63,090 bases of DNA, filler included, from Eubacteriales bacterium (GCA_045636665.1; 8 parts of 8 records of this genome joined end to end with filler, not necessarily neighbours in it); one strand, 5' to 3'. Shown: positions 9,929-19,044, numbered from the whole stretch's first letter. Notes: generated by a model not told the origin, from the sequence alone. Translations and numbers: made by a program.

Positions 9929-11257
9929 TCAATATCCGTACTTTTTTCGGTATGCGAAAATGAGAACGGCGGTCATAATCGCCGCCAAAAATTCGGCAAC
10001 GATTATCGAGCTCCAAATTCCGTCGACACCCCAAACCAAGGGGAGCAACAGCACCGCCGCGATTTGGAAGACAAGCGTTCGCAAAAACGAAATGGTCGCC
10101 GAAACGAGTCCGTTGTTAAGCGCGGTGAAAAACGACGAGCCGAAAATGGCGATTCCCGCAAACAAAAACGAAAAGCTGTAAATGCGGAATGCGTTTACCG
10201 TAAGGTCGAGCAGCTTTTTATCGTACCCGACGAACATTAACGAAAGCGGCTTTGCCAGCAAAAGCGACAGCATAAGCATCGCTCCCGAGCATACGCCGAT
10301 GATTATCAGGCTCTTTTTAAGCACGCTTTTAAGCTCTTTTTGGTTTTTCGCGCCGTAATTATAAGAAATTATCGGGGCGCACCCGACCGAATATCCCACG
10401 TAAGCGCTCAAGAATATAAACGCAACGTACATAATAACACAATATGCCGCAACGCCGTCTTCGCCTGCCATATCGTAAAGTCGGTAGTTATAAAGGATGC
10501 AAACGACCGACGACGAAACGTTCGTCATCAATTCACTCGAGCCGTTCGTACAGATTTTCACAAACGAGCGCCAATCGAATTTCGGTCGCACTATTTTCAA
10601 AAGGCTCGAATTTGGGAACGCAAAATACACAAGCGGAATAACCGCGCCAATAAGCTGACTTATACCCGTTGCCCAAGCCGCGCCCGCAAGTCCAAACGGA
10701 AAAACCGCAACGAACAGCCAGTCTAAAAGCATATTCGCAACGCCTGCGGCAACAGTCGACCAAAGTCCGAGCTTTGGCTTTTCGGCAGTAACGCAAAGGC
10801 TTTGGAATACGAATTGAAGCATAAGCGCGGGCATAAACAGCAAAAACACTCTGCCGTATTCAATACATCCGTCGAGCATTTCACCCGTTGCGCCGAGAAT
10901 ATAGGAAATTTCTTCCAAAAACAATTCTCCGAACGCGGCAAAGGAGATGCCCAAAATGACGGTTGCGAAAATTATCATCGAAAAGGTTCGGTTCGCGGTT
11001 TTTCTGTCGCCCTCTCCAAGCGTTTTTGCAATAAGCGCACTGCCGCCCGTACCGAACATAAAGCCGAGCGAGCCGAGAATCATAAGAAACGGGTAAATAT
11101 AATTGATTGCGGCAAAGGGAACCTTGCCGACGTAATTGGATACAAAAAAGCCGTCCACAATACCGTAAATCGAAATGAATATCATCATCGCAATCGACGG
11201 AAGCGTGAACCGAAACAGTTTTTTATAGGTAAAATGGTCGTAAAGGTGAATTTTCAT
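9929..11257 (-). CDS. MATE family efflux transporter
   Basis: About 12 TM segments; IYGIVDGFFVSNYVG, NMLLDWLFVAVF, PIISYNYGAKN; start taken at MKIHLYDHFT. Confidence 0.92.
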   Translation of the reverse strand: MKIHLYDHFTYKKLFRFTLPSIAMMIFISIYGIVDGFFVSNYVGKVPFAAINYIYPFLMILGSLGFMFGTGGSALIAKTLGEGDRKTANRTFSMIIFATVILGISFAAFGELFLEEISYILGATGEMLDGCIEYGRVFLLFMPALMLQFVFQSLCVTAEKPKLGLWSTVAAGVANMLLDWLFVAVFPFGLAGAAWATGISQLIGAVIPLVYFAFPNSSLLKIVRPKFDWRSFVKICTNGSSELMTNVSSSVVCILYNYRLYDMAGEDGVAAYCVIMYVAFIFLSAYVGYSVGCAPIISYNYGAKNQKELKSVLKKSLIIIGVCSGAMLMLSLLLAKPLSLMFVGYDKKLLDLTVNAFRIYSFSFLFAGIAIFGSSFFTALNNGLVSATISFLRTLVFQIAAVLLLPLVWGVDGIWSSIIVAEFLAAIMTAVLIFAYRKKYGY

Positions 11258-11324
11258 ATCTGCTCCAAGAAAGGTATCGCAATACTTTACCACAAGCCGT
11301 CGATTTTTTCAATAGTCAAAAAAC

Positions 11325-11353
11325 TTTACATTGACCTCTCGATGTGGTATAAT
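11325..11353 (+). promoter_or_regulatory. Sigma-A promoter TTTACA-17-TGnTATAAT
   Basis: Read directly upstream of RBS GGAGGTG. Confidence 0.7.
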
Positions 11354-11376
11354 CGTAATTCGGAGGTGCAGAAAAA

Positions 11377-12000
11377 ATGATTTTACCGTATACCACGATT
11401 TTAATAGATATGTACGGCGTTATACTCGAACAGAGCAAGGGCCGTTTGCTTAAATATTCTCTCGATACCTTCGGACAGGAAAAATATAACGAGATAGAAA
11501 AGAAAATTCACGAGGAACGTCTTTTTGACAAGGCAGGCTTGGGCGAATTCGATCAGAACGAATTTTTAACCATGCTCGGATTCGACGACCCTGTATTCCA
11601 TATGAAAAACTATATCGAAAATTATCTTACGCTCGATAATGGCTTTATCGATTTTGCAGAGCGCATAAAGGGTAAATACGACCTTGTTTTGCTTTCAAAC
11701 GACGTTTCGGAGTGGAGCGAATACACCGTTACGCATTTCGGAATCGAAAAATATTTCAAGCACCGCACCGTCAGCGCAGAGGTGAAGTGCCGTAAGCCCG
11801 ATTTGAAAATCTACGACCTGACGCTTGAAGCGATCGGAAAAGCACCCTCGGAATGCATTTTTATCGACAACGACGTGAAAAATCTTCTCGCCGCCGAGGA
11901 GGTGGGCATTTCCACCGTTTTGTTCAACCGCGACCGAATGCATTTTGACGGCGCAACGGTTGAAACCTTTGACGAGCTTTGCGATTTAATAGGAGTATAA
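11377..12000 (+). CDS. HAD-superfamily hydrolase (subfamily IA)
   Basis: IDMYGVI, LLSN, RKPD, FIDND..N motifs. Confidence 0.88.
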   Translation: MILPYTTILIDMYGVILEQSKGRLLKYSLDTFGQEKYNEIEKKIHEERLFDKAGLGEFDQNEFLTMLGFDDPVFHMKNYIENYLTLDNGFIDFAERIKGKYDLVLLSNDVSEWSEYTVTHFGIEKYFKHRTVSAEVKCRKPDLKIYDLTLEAIGKAPSECIFIDNDVKNLLAAEEVGISTVLFNRDRMHFDGATVETFDELCDLIGV

Positions 12001-12002
12001 TA

Positions 12003-12221
12003 ATGAAAAGGCTTGTGCTGATTTTAATTGCCGTTGCGGTTTTAACCTCGGTATTTTGTCTTTCCGTTTGCGCGGATGAAAGCAGTGAGCTTGTAAGCGA
12101 AATAAGCGAAGCGGAAGAAACGATTGGCGGAATAAGCAAAACCGCTTGGACTGTTATTTCGGTGCTTTTTGTGTTGCTTGTCGCCTATGCCGCATACAGC
12201 GTGAAATTCAAAAAGAAATAG
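12003..12221 (+). CDS. Small membrane-anchored hypothetical protein
   Basis: RBS AGGAG; signal peptide plus C-terminal TM and KKK tail. Confidence 0.65.
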   Translation: MKRLVLILIAVAVLTSVFCLSVCADESSELVSEISEAEETIGGISKTAWTVISVLFVLLVAYAAYSVKFKKK

Positions 12222-12298
12222 CAGGAAAAATTTCCCAAAACGCGTCACAACGGTATAAGCCGAGAAAATTCGGCAAAATATATCAACGGTGATCGTGT

Positions 12299-12691
12299 TT
12301 GACAAATATCAAAAAGAAGGTCATATTCTTTTCCTCGGGCGGCGCGGGATATGGCATAATCGAGCTTATATGGCGCGGAAGAACACATTGGACAATGCTC
12401 ATCGCAGGCGGTATTTGCTTTGTTATTTTTTCGGTCATTTCCGAAAAATACAAAAAACGCACCTGCATCTGCAAGGCGTCCTTTTGCGCGCTCAGCGTAA
12501 CGCTCGTTGAGTTTATATTCGGTATTGTGTTTAATCTTATACTTAAAATGAACGTTTGGGATTACAGCAAAATGCCGTTTAATCTGTTTGGTCAGGTTTG
12601 TTTGCTATACACCCTGCTTTGGGGTATTCTTGGAGCGGCTTGTTTGCCGCTTGCGGATTATTTGAATCGTAAACTGGAGGAGTGCAGATGA
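12299..12691 (+). CDS. Putative ABC-transporter-permease-like membrane protein (CmpB-like)
   Basis: IELIWRGRTHWTM, VEFIFG..N..VWDYS..PFNL.GQVCL. Confidence 0.75.
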   Translation: MTNIKKKVIFFSSGGAGYGIIELIWRGRTHWTMLIAGGICFVIFSVISEKYKKRTCICKASFCALSVTLVEFIFGIVFNLILKMNVWDYSKMPFNLFGQVCLLYTLLWGILGAACLPLADYLNRKLEECR

Positions 12692-13341
12692 AAACCATTG
12701 CCATAATCGACGATGACGTTTATATCGGCGATATGCTGGAAACGCTTTTAACAAACGAGGGATACGGCGTTGTCCGCGCCTATTCCGGCACCGAGGCGCT
12801 GATGCTTTTATCGCAAAGCCAACCCGACCTTGTGCTGCTCGACTTAATGCTGCCAGGTCTTTCGGGTGAGGAGCTGCTTCCCAAAATCAAAAGCATTCCC
12901 GTTATCGTCGTGAGCGCAAAGCTCGATATCGAAAACAAGGTCGAGCTTCTGATGGGCGGCGCGTGCGATTACGTTACCAAGCCGTTCGATACGAAGGAGC
13001 TTCTTGCGCGCATTGCGGTGCAATTAAGAAAAAACGCATCCAATCTCTGCGGCAACGTCGAATGTGAGCTTGCGCTCGATTTTGCGGCGCGCGGTGTTTC
13101 GGTATGCGGAACACCGGTGCATCTTACCCGTACCGAATACGCTATTTTGAAAATTCTACTGCAAAATCCGAACCGAGTTGTTTCCAAATCGCTTATTCTC
13201 GACCGAATAAGCCAAGACACCCCCGACTGCACCGAAAATTCATTAAAGGTACATATAAGCAACCTGCACCGAAAGCTTCGTAACGCAGGCGGCCGTGAAT
13301 ATATCGAATCTGTTTGGGGAATCGGTTTTCGCCTTTTGTAA
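12688..13341 (+). CDS. OmpR-family response regulator
   Basis: IIDDD, LLDLMLPG, DYVTKPF, LTRTEY, LKVHISNL, IESVWGIGF. Confidence 0.95.
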   Translation: MKTIAIIDDDVYIGDMLETLLTNEGYGVVRAYSGTEALMLLSQSQPDLVLLDLMLPGLSGEELLPKIKSIPVIVVSAKLDIENKVELLMGGACDYVTKPFDTKELLARIAVQLRKNASNLCGNVECELALDFAARGVSVCGTPVHLTRTEYAILKILLQNPNRVVSKSLILDRISQDTPDCTENSLKVHISNLHRKLRNAGGREYIESVWGIGFRLL

Positions 13342-13342
13342 A

Positions 13343-13400
13343 TCTTTACGAAATCTTAACGGTTTTCTTAACCCTTTTCTTTACCGTTGTGTTTTATAAT
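13343..13400 (+). promoter_or_regulatory. Four TCTTWAC direct repeats plus -10 TATAAT: probable response-regulator-activated promoter
   Basis: Repeats start at 13343, 13354, 13366, 13378; TATAAT 13395-13400; RBS GGAGG downstream. Confidence 0.65.
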
Positions 13401-13424
13401 TAAAACCAACGGAGGAAAGAGCTT

Positions 13425-14510
13425 ATGAATGACGAACAAAAGCGGCTAACGAAGAAAATAATAACGCAACGCAGGTTTGATTACGACCGCGCGTTACGCA
13501 CCGTTGATAATATCGGCATTCCGTCGATACTCGGCGAAAGTCCTGTCGAGCCGATTGAGGGCTTTATATTTGCCGACCGCGACGAATATGCCGTCTTTCT
13601 GTCGTACGTTTTCAAAAACCTTTCCGAAAAAGCACTGGTCGGCTTTGATATACGAATTGATTTTTATTATTATCAAAACATCCCTTACTGTTCTTTGTGC
13701 TTCTCCTATTGTGAAAAAGACCTTTCGTTCGGGATTATATCACTCGGGGACAAAAAGCTCACCTTCAAGCAGTCTTGTCTTCGCGGCAAAATCGAAAGCG
13801 GCGAATGCTTCGGTGAAAGCGTACTCATACCCATAACCGATATAAGATATACGAAAATAAAAACCGTTCTGGTGTCCGCCGAATTTGAAGACGGAACAAA
13901 GGTCCCGATCGACCTTGCCGTAAGCGGCAGAGCAAAGCGTATATCCGAGCTCGACCGTGCAAGCCGTTCGATTTTTGAGCGTGGCGATATTTCGCCCCAC
14001 TTAAAAAGGCTGCACCCCGCAAAAAACATACCTCAATTCGGTGCGGCATCGTGGCTTTGCTGTTGCGGAAACAAGAATCCGATACGGCTTAACAAATGCG
14101 AAAAATGCCGCCGAGACAGAGAAAGCCAGGAAATGCTTTTAAGCGAAAGCGTTATTGAAGGACAAAAAAACGCCATCGTCGCAGACCCCACCGCTATTAC
14201 ATTTCATGATAAAAGCAAATTCCGTCAAAACAAGTATCTCGAAAACGAACGCGATATAAGAAAAAAGAATGATATGACCGAGCGCGCTCTTAAAAACGTT
14301 GCCGAACAAAACAGCACAAAAGAACGGTGCGGTATGGTTTTCAGAATTTTTTATTGGATAATGGGAATTTCGGTAATCAGCACGTTGCTCGCTATTGCTT
14401 ACTCGTTGGTTATGATTTTAAGGGATTCTTACGGTGATACGGGCAATTTTGCAAAGTTTATACACAAGCTGCTCGACGGCGACTTCTTTATATGGATGGG
14501 TGATATATGA
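13425..14510 (+). CDS. Hypothetical protein with zinc-ribbon motif and C-terminal TM helix
   Basis: WLCCCGNKN..KCEKC; hydrophobic segment near C-terminus; overlaps the kinase start (ATGA). Confidence 0.8.
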   Translation: MNDEQKRLTKKIITQRRFDYDRALRTVDNIGIPSILGESPVEPIEGFIFADRDEYAVFLSYVFKNLSEKALVGFDIRIDFYYYQNIPYCSLCFSYCEKDLSFGIISLGDKKLTFKQSCLRGKIESGECFGESVLIPITDIRYTKIKTVLVSAEFEDGTKVPIDLAVSGRAKRISELDRASRSIFERGDISPHLKRLHPAKNIPQFGAASWLCCCGNKNPIRLNKCEKCRRDRESQEMLLSESVIEGQKNAIVADPTAITFHDKSKFRQNKYLENERDIRKKNDMTERALKNVAEQNSTKERCGMVFRIFYWIMGISVISTLLAIAYSLVMILRDSYGDTGNFAKFIHKLLDGDFFIWMGDI

Positions 14511-15391
14511 CCTGGATAATCTGTGCTTTATTGGCGATGGCGGTCATCGCGCTTGCGTGCAGACTCGTTTCCGTACGCAAAAATATGAAAAAGCTCACAC
14601 AGCTTATTGACGAATCGCTTTCGCTCGGCATAACGAAGGGCATCGTCCTAAAAACCTCCGATAAGCAGTTAAAGGAGCTTGTTTCGACGTTAAACAACGA
14701 GCTTTCGCGGCTTCGCGAGCTTCAAACCGACTTTTTTGCAGGCGACCGTGAATTGAAAGAGGCGGTAACGAATATCGCGCACGACCTCCGCACCCCGCTT
14801 ACCGCAATATTCGGATATATCGACCTGCTGTCGAAAACCGACAATCCCGAAGAAATAAAAAAATACATCTCCGCAATAGAAAACCGCGTAACAGCTATAA
14901 CACAGCTCACCGAGGAGCTTTTCGAATATTCGGTTATATCGTCGGTAAGCGTGCGCGCGGCTGTTCCTACCGACGTTTGCCGCGTGTTGGAGGATACGCT
15001 CATCGCAAGCTATCCCATATTCGAGCAAAAAGGCATAGTGCCGACTGTAGAAACACCTAACTGCGCAGTGTTTCGAGAAGTCGACCCGATTGCGCTTTCG
15101 CGCGTGTTCGGAAACATAATAGGCAATGCGGCAAAATACAGCGAAAAGGATTTTTCGGTAATTATGTCGCACCAAGGCGTGATTTCGTTCTCGAATCGCG
15201 CATCAATGCTAAGCGATATCGACGTTAGCAAGCTGTTCGACCGTTTCTTCACCGTCGACCCCTCAAGACGTTCAACCGGCTTGGGGCTTTCAATTGCAAA
15301 AACGCTCGTTGAACAAATGGGCGGAACGATATTCGCCGATTACGCAGATGAGATATTGACTATAGTTCTGCATTTTAATCAAACGGTTTAA
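14507..15391 (+). CDS. Sensor histidine kinase (short N-terminal TM, intramembrane-sensing type)
   Basis: IAHDLRTPLT, NIIGNAAKYS, LFDRFFT, STGLGLSIAK. Confidence 0.93.
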   Translation: MTWIICALLAMAVIALACRLVSVRKNMKKLTQLIDESLSLGITKGIVLKTSDKQLKELVSTLNNELSRLRELQTDFFAGDRELKEAVTNIAHDLRTPLTAIFGYIDLLSKTDNPEEIKKYISAIENRVTAITQLTEELFEYSVISSVSVRAAVPTDVCRVLEDTLIASYPIFEQKGIVPTVETPNCAVFREVDPIALSRVFGNIIGNAAKYSEKDFSVIMSHQGVISFSNRASMLSDIDVSKLFDRFFTVDPSRRSTGLGLSIAKTLVEQMGGTIFADYADEILTIVLHFNQTV

Positions 15392-15411
15392 AAGCCATTC
15401 ATAAAAATACA

Positions 15412-15435
15412 AGCCCTTGCTTTACCGCAAGGGCT
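15412..15435. terminator. Terminator between convergent genes
   Basis: AGCCCTTGC-TTTACC-GCAAGGGCT. Confidence 0.75.
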
Positions 15436-15455
15436 GTTATGTTTTATTTCACTTT

Positions 15456-16283
15456 TCAAACGAATCTTTGGGCATATCCGCACCGCTTGCATAAGTCTTC
15501 ATGCGCACGACCGCATTTGAATCCGTTGACGATATTCACCGCGCGCTCGGAATTAAGCACGGATTCGATATCCTCGTTAAAAACGTTGCCGAGGTTAATA
15601 ACGCCGTCGCTGTCAAGACAACAGGGCACGACCGTTCCGTCGGCAAGGATACCGAATTGATCCTTAAGACCGTAACAAAAAAACCTTTCGCCCTTTATTT
15701 CCGCATCAGCGTCGGGCCATTCAAAGCGGTCGCCGTATTCCAAATAAAGCTTTTCTCTTATTCTTATACCGCGTGTGTTCTCTGCCCACTCGCCGGAAAT
15801 GTGTTCCTTAAGAAGCTCGATCGACGCTTCGTTTTTGCCGCCGTCAAAGCCCTTGTTCCAAAGCCGAAAAACGGTTATAACGCCACATTCCGCCGCTTTT
15901 TTCGCAAATTCCGCAAGGTCCTTAACATACCTCGCGTGATCATCGTCGCTTCCCTTTTCAAAGCTGTGAAGCGAGATGTTGACCTTATGCACACCTGCAG
16001 AAAGAAGCTTCTCTCCGTGTTTGCTCAAAAGAGTTCCGTTGGTGGTGATGATCGACTTAAATCCGCGCTCGCCCGCAGTTTTAATGAAATCGGGTAAATC
16101 GGGATGAGTCAGCGGTTCGCCCATTAAATGGTAATAGATGTATTCCGTCTGTCCGCTTATCTTGTCGAGAACAAGCGAAAATTCGTCGGCGGTCATCCGT
16201 CTCGGCTTCCTTTTATGCCCGTGACAAAAGGAGCAATTCATATTACATATATTGGTGATTTCAATATAAACCTTTTTATACAT
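15456..16283 (-). CDS. Radical SAM/SPASM-domain protein
   Basis: CNMNCSFC motif, GEPL, TTNG; C-terminal C..DGTVVPCC.D..CKRC. Confidence 0.92.
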   Translation of the reverse strand: MYKKVYIEITNICNMNCSFCHGHKRKPRRMTADEFSLVLDKISGQTEYIYYHLMGEPLTHPDLPDFIKTAGERGFKSIITTNGTLLSKHGEKLLSAGVHKVNISLHSFEKGSDDDHARYVKDLAEFAKKAAECGVITVFRLWNKGFDGGKNEASIELLKEHISGEWAENTRGIRIREKLYLEYGDRFEWPDADAEIKGERFFCYGLKDQFGILADGTVVPCCLDSDGVINLGNVFNEDIESVLNSERAVNIVNGFKCGRAHEDLCKRCGYAQRFV

Positions 16284-16329
16284 ATTCGCCGCCCCTTTCG
16301 GTAAATTTCGCAAAAGCGCCAATCGGTAT

Positions 16330-16431
16330 TATCAAAGCGGCTTCTACACCGTTTTGTTTCAGTTTTCGACAAAGAAAAACGATATCTTTGGCAAAAACTT
16401 TGGATTTATCTCTCAAAATGCTGTCAGCCTT
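16330..16431 (-). pseudogene. Truncated four-helix-bundle protein (23S rRNA IVS-protein-like) remnant
   Basis: After RBS-like AAGGTG the frame reads (AAG instead of ATG)ADSILRDKSKVFAKDIVFLCRKLKQNGVEAALI, then loses similarity where NQLLRSGTSIGAN would be expected. Confidence 0.6.
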
Positions 16432-16452
16432 AAAATCACCTTTTAAAACTTT

Positions 16453-16616
16453 TTAGTTATGAGTTTAGAGTTATAAATTTGGCTCCGCCAAATGTTATGA
16501 TATGATTGCCCAATGAAAGACAACTTTGCCGCAAGGCAAATCATAACACGGCGGAGCCGTTTATAACTTATAACTTGCCCGAAGGGCAATCATAACTGAT
16601 TTTGCGAAGCAAAATC
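16453..16616. repeat. REP-like cluster of five short GC hairpins with ATAAC/GTTAT linkers
   Basis: TTTGGC-TCC-GCCAAA, TTTGCC-GCAA-GGCAAA, ACGGC-GGA-GCCGT, TTGCCC-GAA-GGGCAA, GATTTTGC-GAA-GCAAAATC. Confidence 0.75.
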
Positions 16617-16632
16617 ATTCCCACTCGATTGT
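16615..16632 (-). mobile_element. Probable att core: duplicated 3' end of guaA (ACA ATC GAG TGG GAA TGA = TIEWE*)
   Basis: GMP synthases end in KPPATIEWE; here the match stops after 18 nt and no upstream ORF exists. Confidence 0.7.
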
Positions 16633-16728
16633 GTTATCCGTAAGCCTGACTAAAACTCAATAAAAACCAATCAATTCCAAACAATGTAGTTAAATAAAAT
16701 CAACCATTTCTCTGTGTTCTACGGGAAG

Positions 16729-16750
16729 ATTGCTGTCAAAATTGCTGTCA
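16729..16750. repeat. Direct repeat ATTGCTGTCA x2 (putative integrase arm-binding sites)
   Basis: 16729-16738 and 16741-16750, about 100 bp inside the att core. Confidence 0.6.
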
Positions 16751-16992
16751 GGAATCGGAGGACTTTTCGTACCATTTCTTATATAATTTATTACAGCACA
16801 ATATTTTGAAAAAAGCAATACTTCAGTGGATTTCCCATCCGACCGCCTTTTTTACATAATGCTTAAAAGGTCAATTTAGACTTCTTAAAAACTCCCAATA
16901 ATTATCCGAAAATATATCCAACGCCCTTTACTCTTTCACCTACTATATGCATTACGAAAAGGAGCAGGTTGGGAGGACAGTATTATATATCA

Positions 16993-17035
16993 CCCAAGGA
17001 ACACCGGATCGCCGGTGATCCTTGGGTTTCTTTCT
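16993..17035 (+). terminator. Strong hairpin with U-rich tail
   Basis: CCCAAGGA-A-CACCGG-ATCG-CCGGTG-A-TCCTTGGG followed by TTTCTTTCT. Confidence 0.6.
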
Positions 17036-17077
17036 ACCCACCCCTAACTCAGGGTGCTACATAAGTTGAAATATAAA

Positions 17078-17185
17078 AACGACCGTTTTAACGACCGTTA
17101 TAGCAATCGTTATAACTACCGATTTATCTGCCGTTTGAGCAGTCGTAATAACAACCGATAAAATATCCGTCAAATCATCTGTTCA
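17078..17185. repeat. Nine degenerate 12-bp tandem units (consensus about AACNNCCGTTAW)
   Basis: aacgaccgtttt aacgaccgttat agcaatcgttat aactaccgattt atctgccgtttg agcagtcgtaat aacaaccgataa aatatccgtcaa atcatctgttca. Confidence 0.7.
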
Positions 17186-17200
17186 AACAAGAGAAGATAA

Positions 17201-17250
17201 GATACCAGAAGATACCCTACGATACCAGAACCAAACTAACGATACGAAAC
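17201..17250. repeat. 10-bp-phased GATAC repeats
   Basis: gataccagaa gataccctac gataccagaa ccaaactaac gatacgaaac. Confidence 0.6.
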
Positions 17251-17458
17251 AATATGATAATATTTACTCCACAAAGGGGTTTGTTCTAATTCTACTATTT
17301 TATGGAATTATGACCCCTAACGAAGAGTGAATGATATCAGATGAGAGATAATCCTCGTGCGAGGTGAGCACTGTTTCTTTATCTTCTACACAATGGATAA
17401 TGAGGAGAGGGTGGGATGAGAAAAACCACTGCCAAACAATATGAATGAGCTACACCCA

Positions 17459-17487
17459 TGGACTTGAGTACCCTTTTATGCTATAAT
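17459..17487 (+). promoter_or_regulatory. Promoter TGGACT-17-TGnTATAAT
   Basis: Read directly. Confidence 0.55.
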
Positions 17488-17493
17488 AGGAAC

Positions 17494-17665
17494 TACAGTA
17501 AAGGTTACATATTTCACATACACGAGAGTTCTAATTCAATATTTAATAATAAGTGAGTACATATTTATCCCTTATGGCGGAGGGATAGGTATGTACTCCT
17601 TTTTCATCTGGCAAAGTTAGTGTGTGTAGTGTAAACCTTTCCTCCTTATTTTTATATTCCTCCTT
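17494..17665 (+). ncRNA. Candidate small RNA or structured leader
   Basis: 18-bp hairpin 17555-17598 plus T-tract; flanks 17500-17523 and 17620-17640 are partly complementary; two CCTCCTT motifs. Confidence 0.35.
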
Positions 17666-17725
17666 CAGATGCAAGGCGCTGAGCCAGACAGCGCCGTTTT
17701 ACATATTAAAGAAATGAGGTGTAAT

Positions 17726-17917
17726 ATGAAAATTCTAATTCTCAAGATGCAGCAGAGCAAGTCAGGTATTATGTTCCTGCCTTCCTTTGTTGGACCAGAG
17801 GAGGAAGTTGTGATCAACTTACCTCGCTGGGCAAACAAAATCGTTATAACCCAAAGTGAAGGTACAGGCGCAGAGGCAAAGGTATATGCCATCTACGCCA
17901 CCGCAGGAAAGGAGTGA
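17726..17917 (+). CDS. Small hypothetical protein (63 aa)
   Basis: RBS GAGGTG before ATG 17726; stop overlaps the next RBS. Confidence 0.6.
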   Translation: MKILILKMQQSKSGIMFLPSFVGPEEEVVINLPRWANKIVITQSEGTGAEAKVYAIYATAGKE

Positions 17918-17922
17918 TTAGG

Positions 17923-18023
17923 TTGGACGGAACACTGCGAAATCTTTTCTATGGAAACATCACTCCCGGTGACAGAAAACTGGGTAAGGATTATAGGACT
18001 GCTATGCTTGATGCAAACACCGC
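17923..18023 (+). CDS. DUF6809-like protein, truncated
   Basis: RBS AAGGAG, TTG start, MDGTLRNLFYGNITP resembles the L..LFYGNI.P family start. Confidence 0.55.
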
Positions 18024-18123
18024 NNNNNNNNNNNNNNNNNNNNNNNNNNNNNNNNNNNNNNNNNNNNTTAATTAATTAANNNNNNNNNNNNNNNNNNNNN
18101 NNNNNNNNNNNNNNNNNNNNNNN

Positions 18124-19044
18124 CTTTTGGACTTCGATTTCGACATATTTTTCTCCGTTATCACCGACAGTTCCGTCTGCATCTGTCGTGCGCTGAGCAG
18201 AGCTGCGGTTGTTTGTTACTGCAAGAAAGCCGTCGGCTGTTGCAACAAGCTTGTAAACGATGACGCCGTCTTTTTCGGCGATATGCTTGTAATAATAACC
18301 CATTTCGTCATCTTCAAGAAGCGAAACCTTATATTCCTTTGCAATATCGGTTTCCACGGGGTTTGCATAAGTACCTACAGGATTTGCAAAGCAAAGCTCA
18401 TAGGTTTGCTTCGACGTCGAGGTGTTGGTAATTTCAAAAACAATCGCTTCGCTTGCCATCGCAGAAATAACTCTGAATGCAACAACGCCATCCTTTGGAG
18501 TATACTTTTTGCCATCGCACTTAATATAAAGGTCTTCGCTGTTAACAGTTACGTCTAATCCGCCGATACGGTAAATTCCATAGAATTGCGTTTCGTTTGC
18601 GCCGATTTCATAGGTGGTAAGCTTCATATCTTCATTGGGGAAAACCAAATAAGGATTTTCCTTTGTACCGTCGCCGATGATTTCGGGCTCGATGATCGGC
18701 TCGGAAGATTCTTCGTCGGGAGTGGAGGATTCGTCACCCTCGGACGATTCGTCGGAAGGAACCGAGGATTCGTCATTTTCGGTCGATTCGGAAGAAGCTT
18801 CTTGGGATTCGTCGCTTATTTCGTCGGAGGATTCAACATTAACGCTTTCGCTACTTTCGTTTGCGGCAGACGATTCATTTACAGCGCTCGAGCTTTCGGC
18901 GCTTGAGTTTTCGGTGTTCGAGCTTTGCGTTTCGGTTGCTTCTTCGCCGCCGCATCCAACCAAAGCGGTTAATGAAAATACAGATACAAGCGCCAAAGCC
19001 AAAACGGTTTTAAAAAGCTTTGAGGTTTTTTGTTTAATAATCAT
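18124..19044 (-). CDS. Lipoprotein with Ser/Glu-rich linker and GT..NP repeat domains; 3' truncated
   Basis: Lipobox LVGC; GDGTKENP and VGTYANP motifs. Confidence 0.85.

Larger units (their letters stand above)
16633..18023. mobile_element. Terminal part of an integrative element/genomic island (continues beyond the contig end)
   Basis: att-like core at the left boundary, arm-type direct repeat, AT-richer gene-poor DNA, small mobilome-type ORFs; integrase not in window. Confidence 0.6.

Noticed and set aside
15456..16283. Radical SAM/SPASM as RiPP maturase
   Set aside because: No precursor peptide, RRE domain or exporter nearby; short stand-alone type
16453..17250. Possible CRISPR array
   Set aside because: No constant 23-47-nt repeat with unique spacers, and no cas genes in the window
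17573..17607. - strand micro-ORF MKKEYIPIPPP
   Set aside because: The upstream AGGAGG motifs are over 30 nt from the ATG; sequence is explained by the hairpin arm
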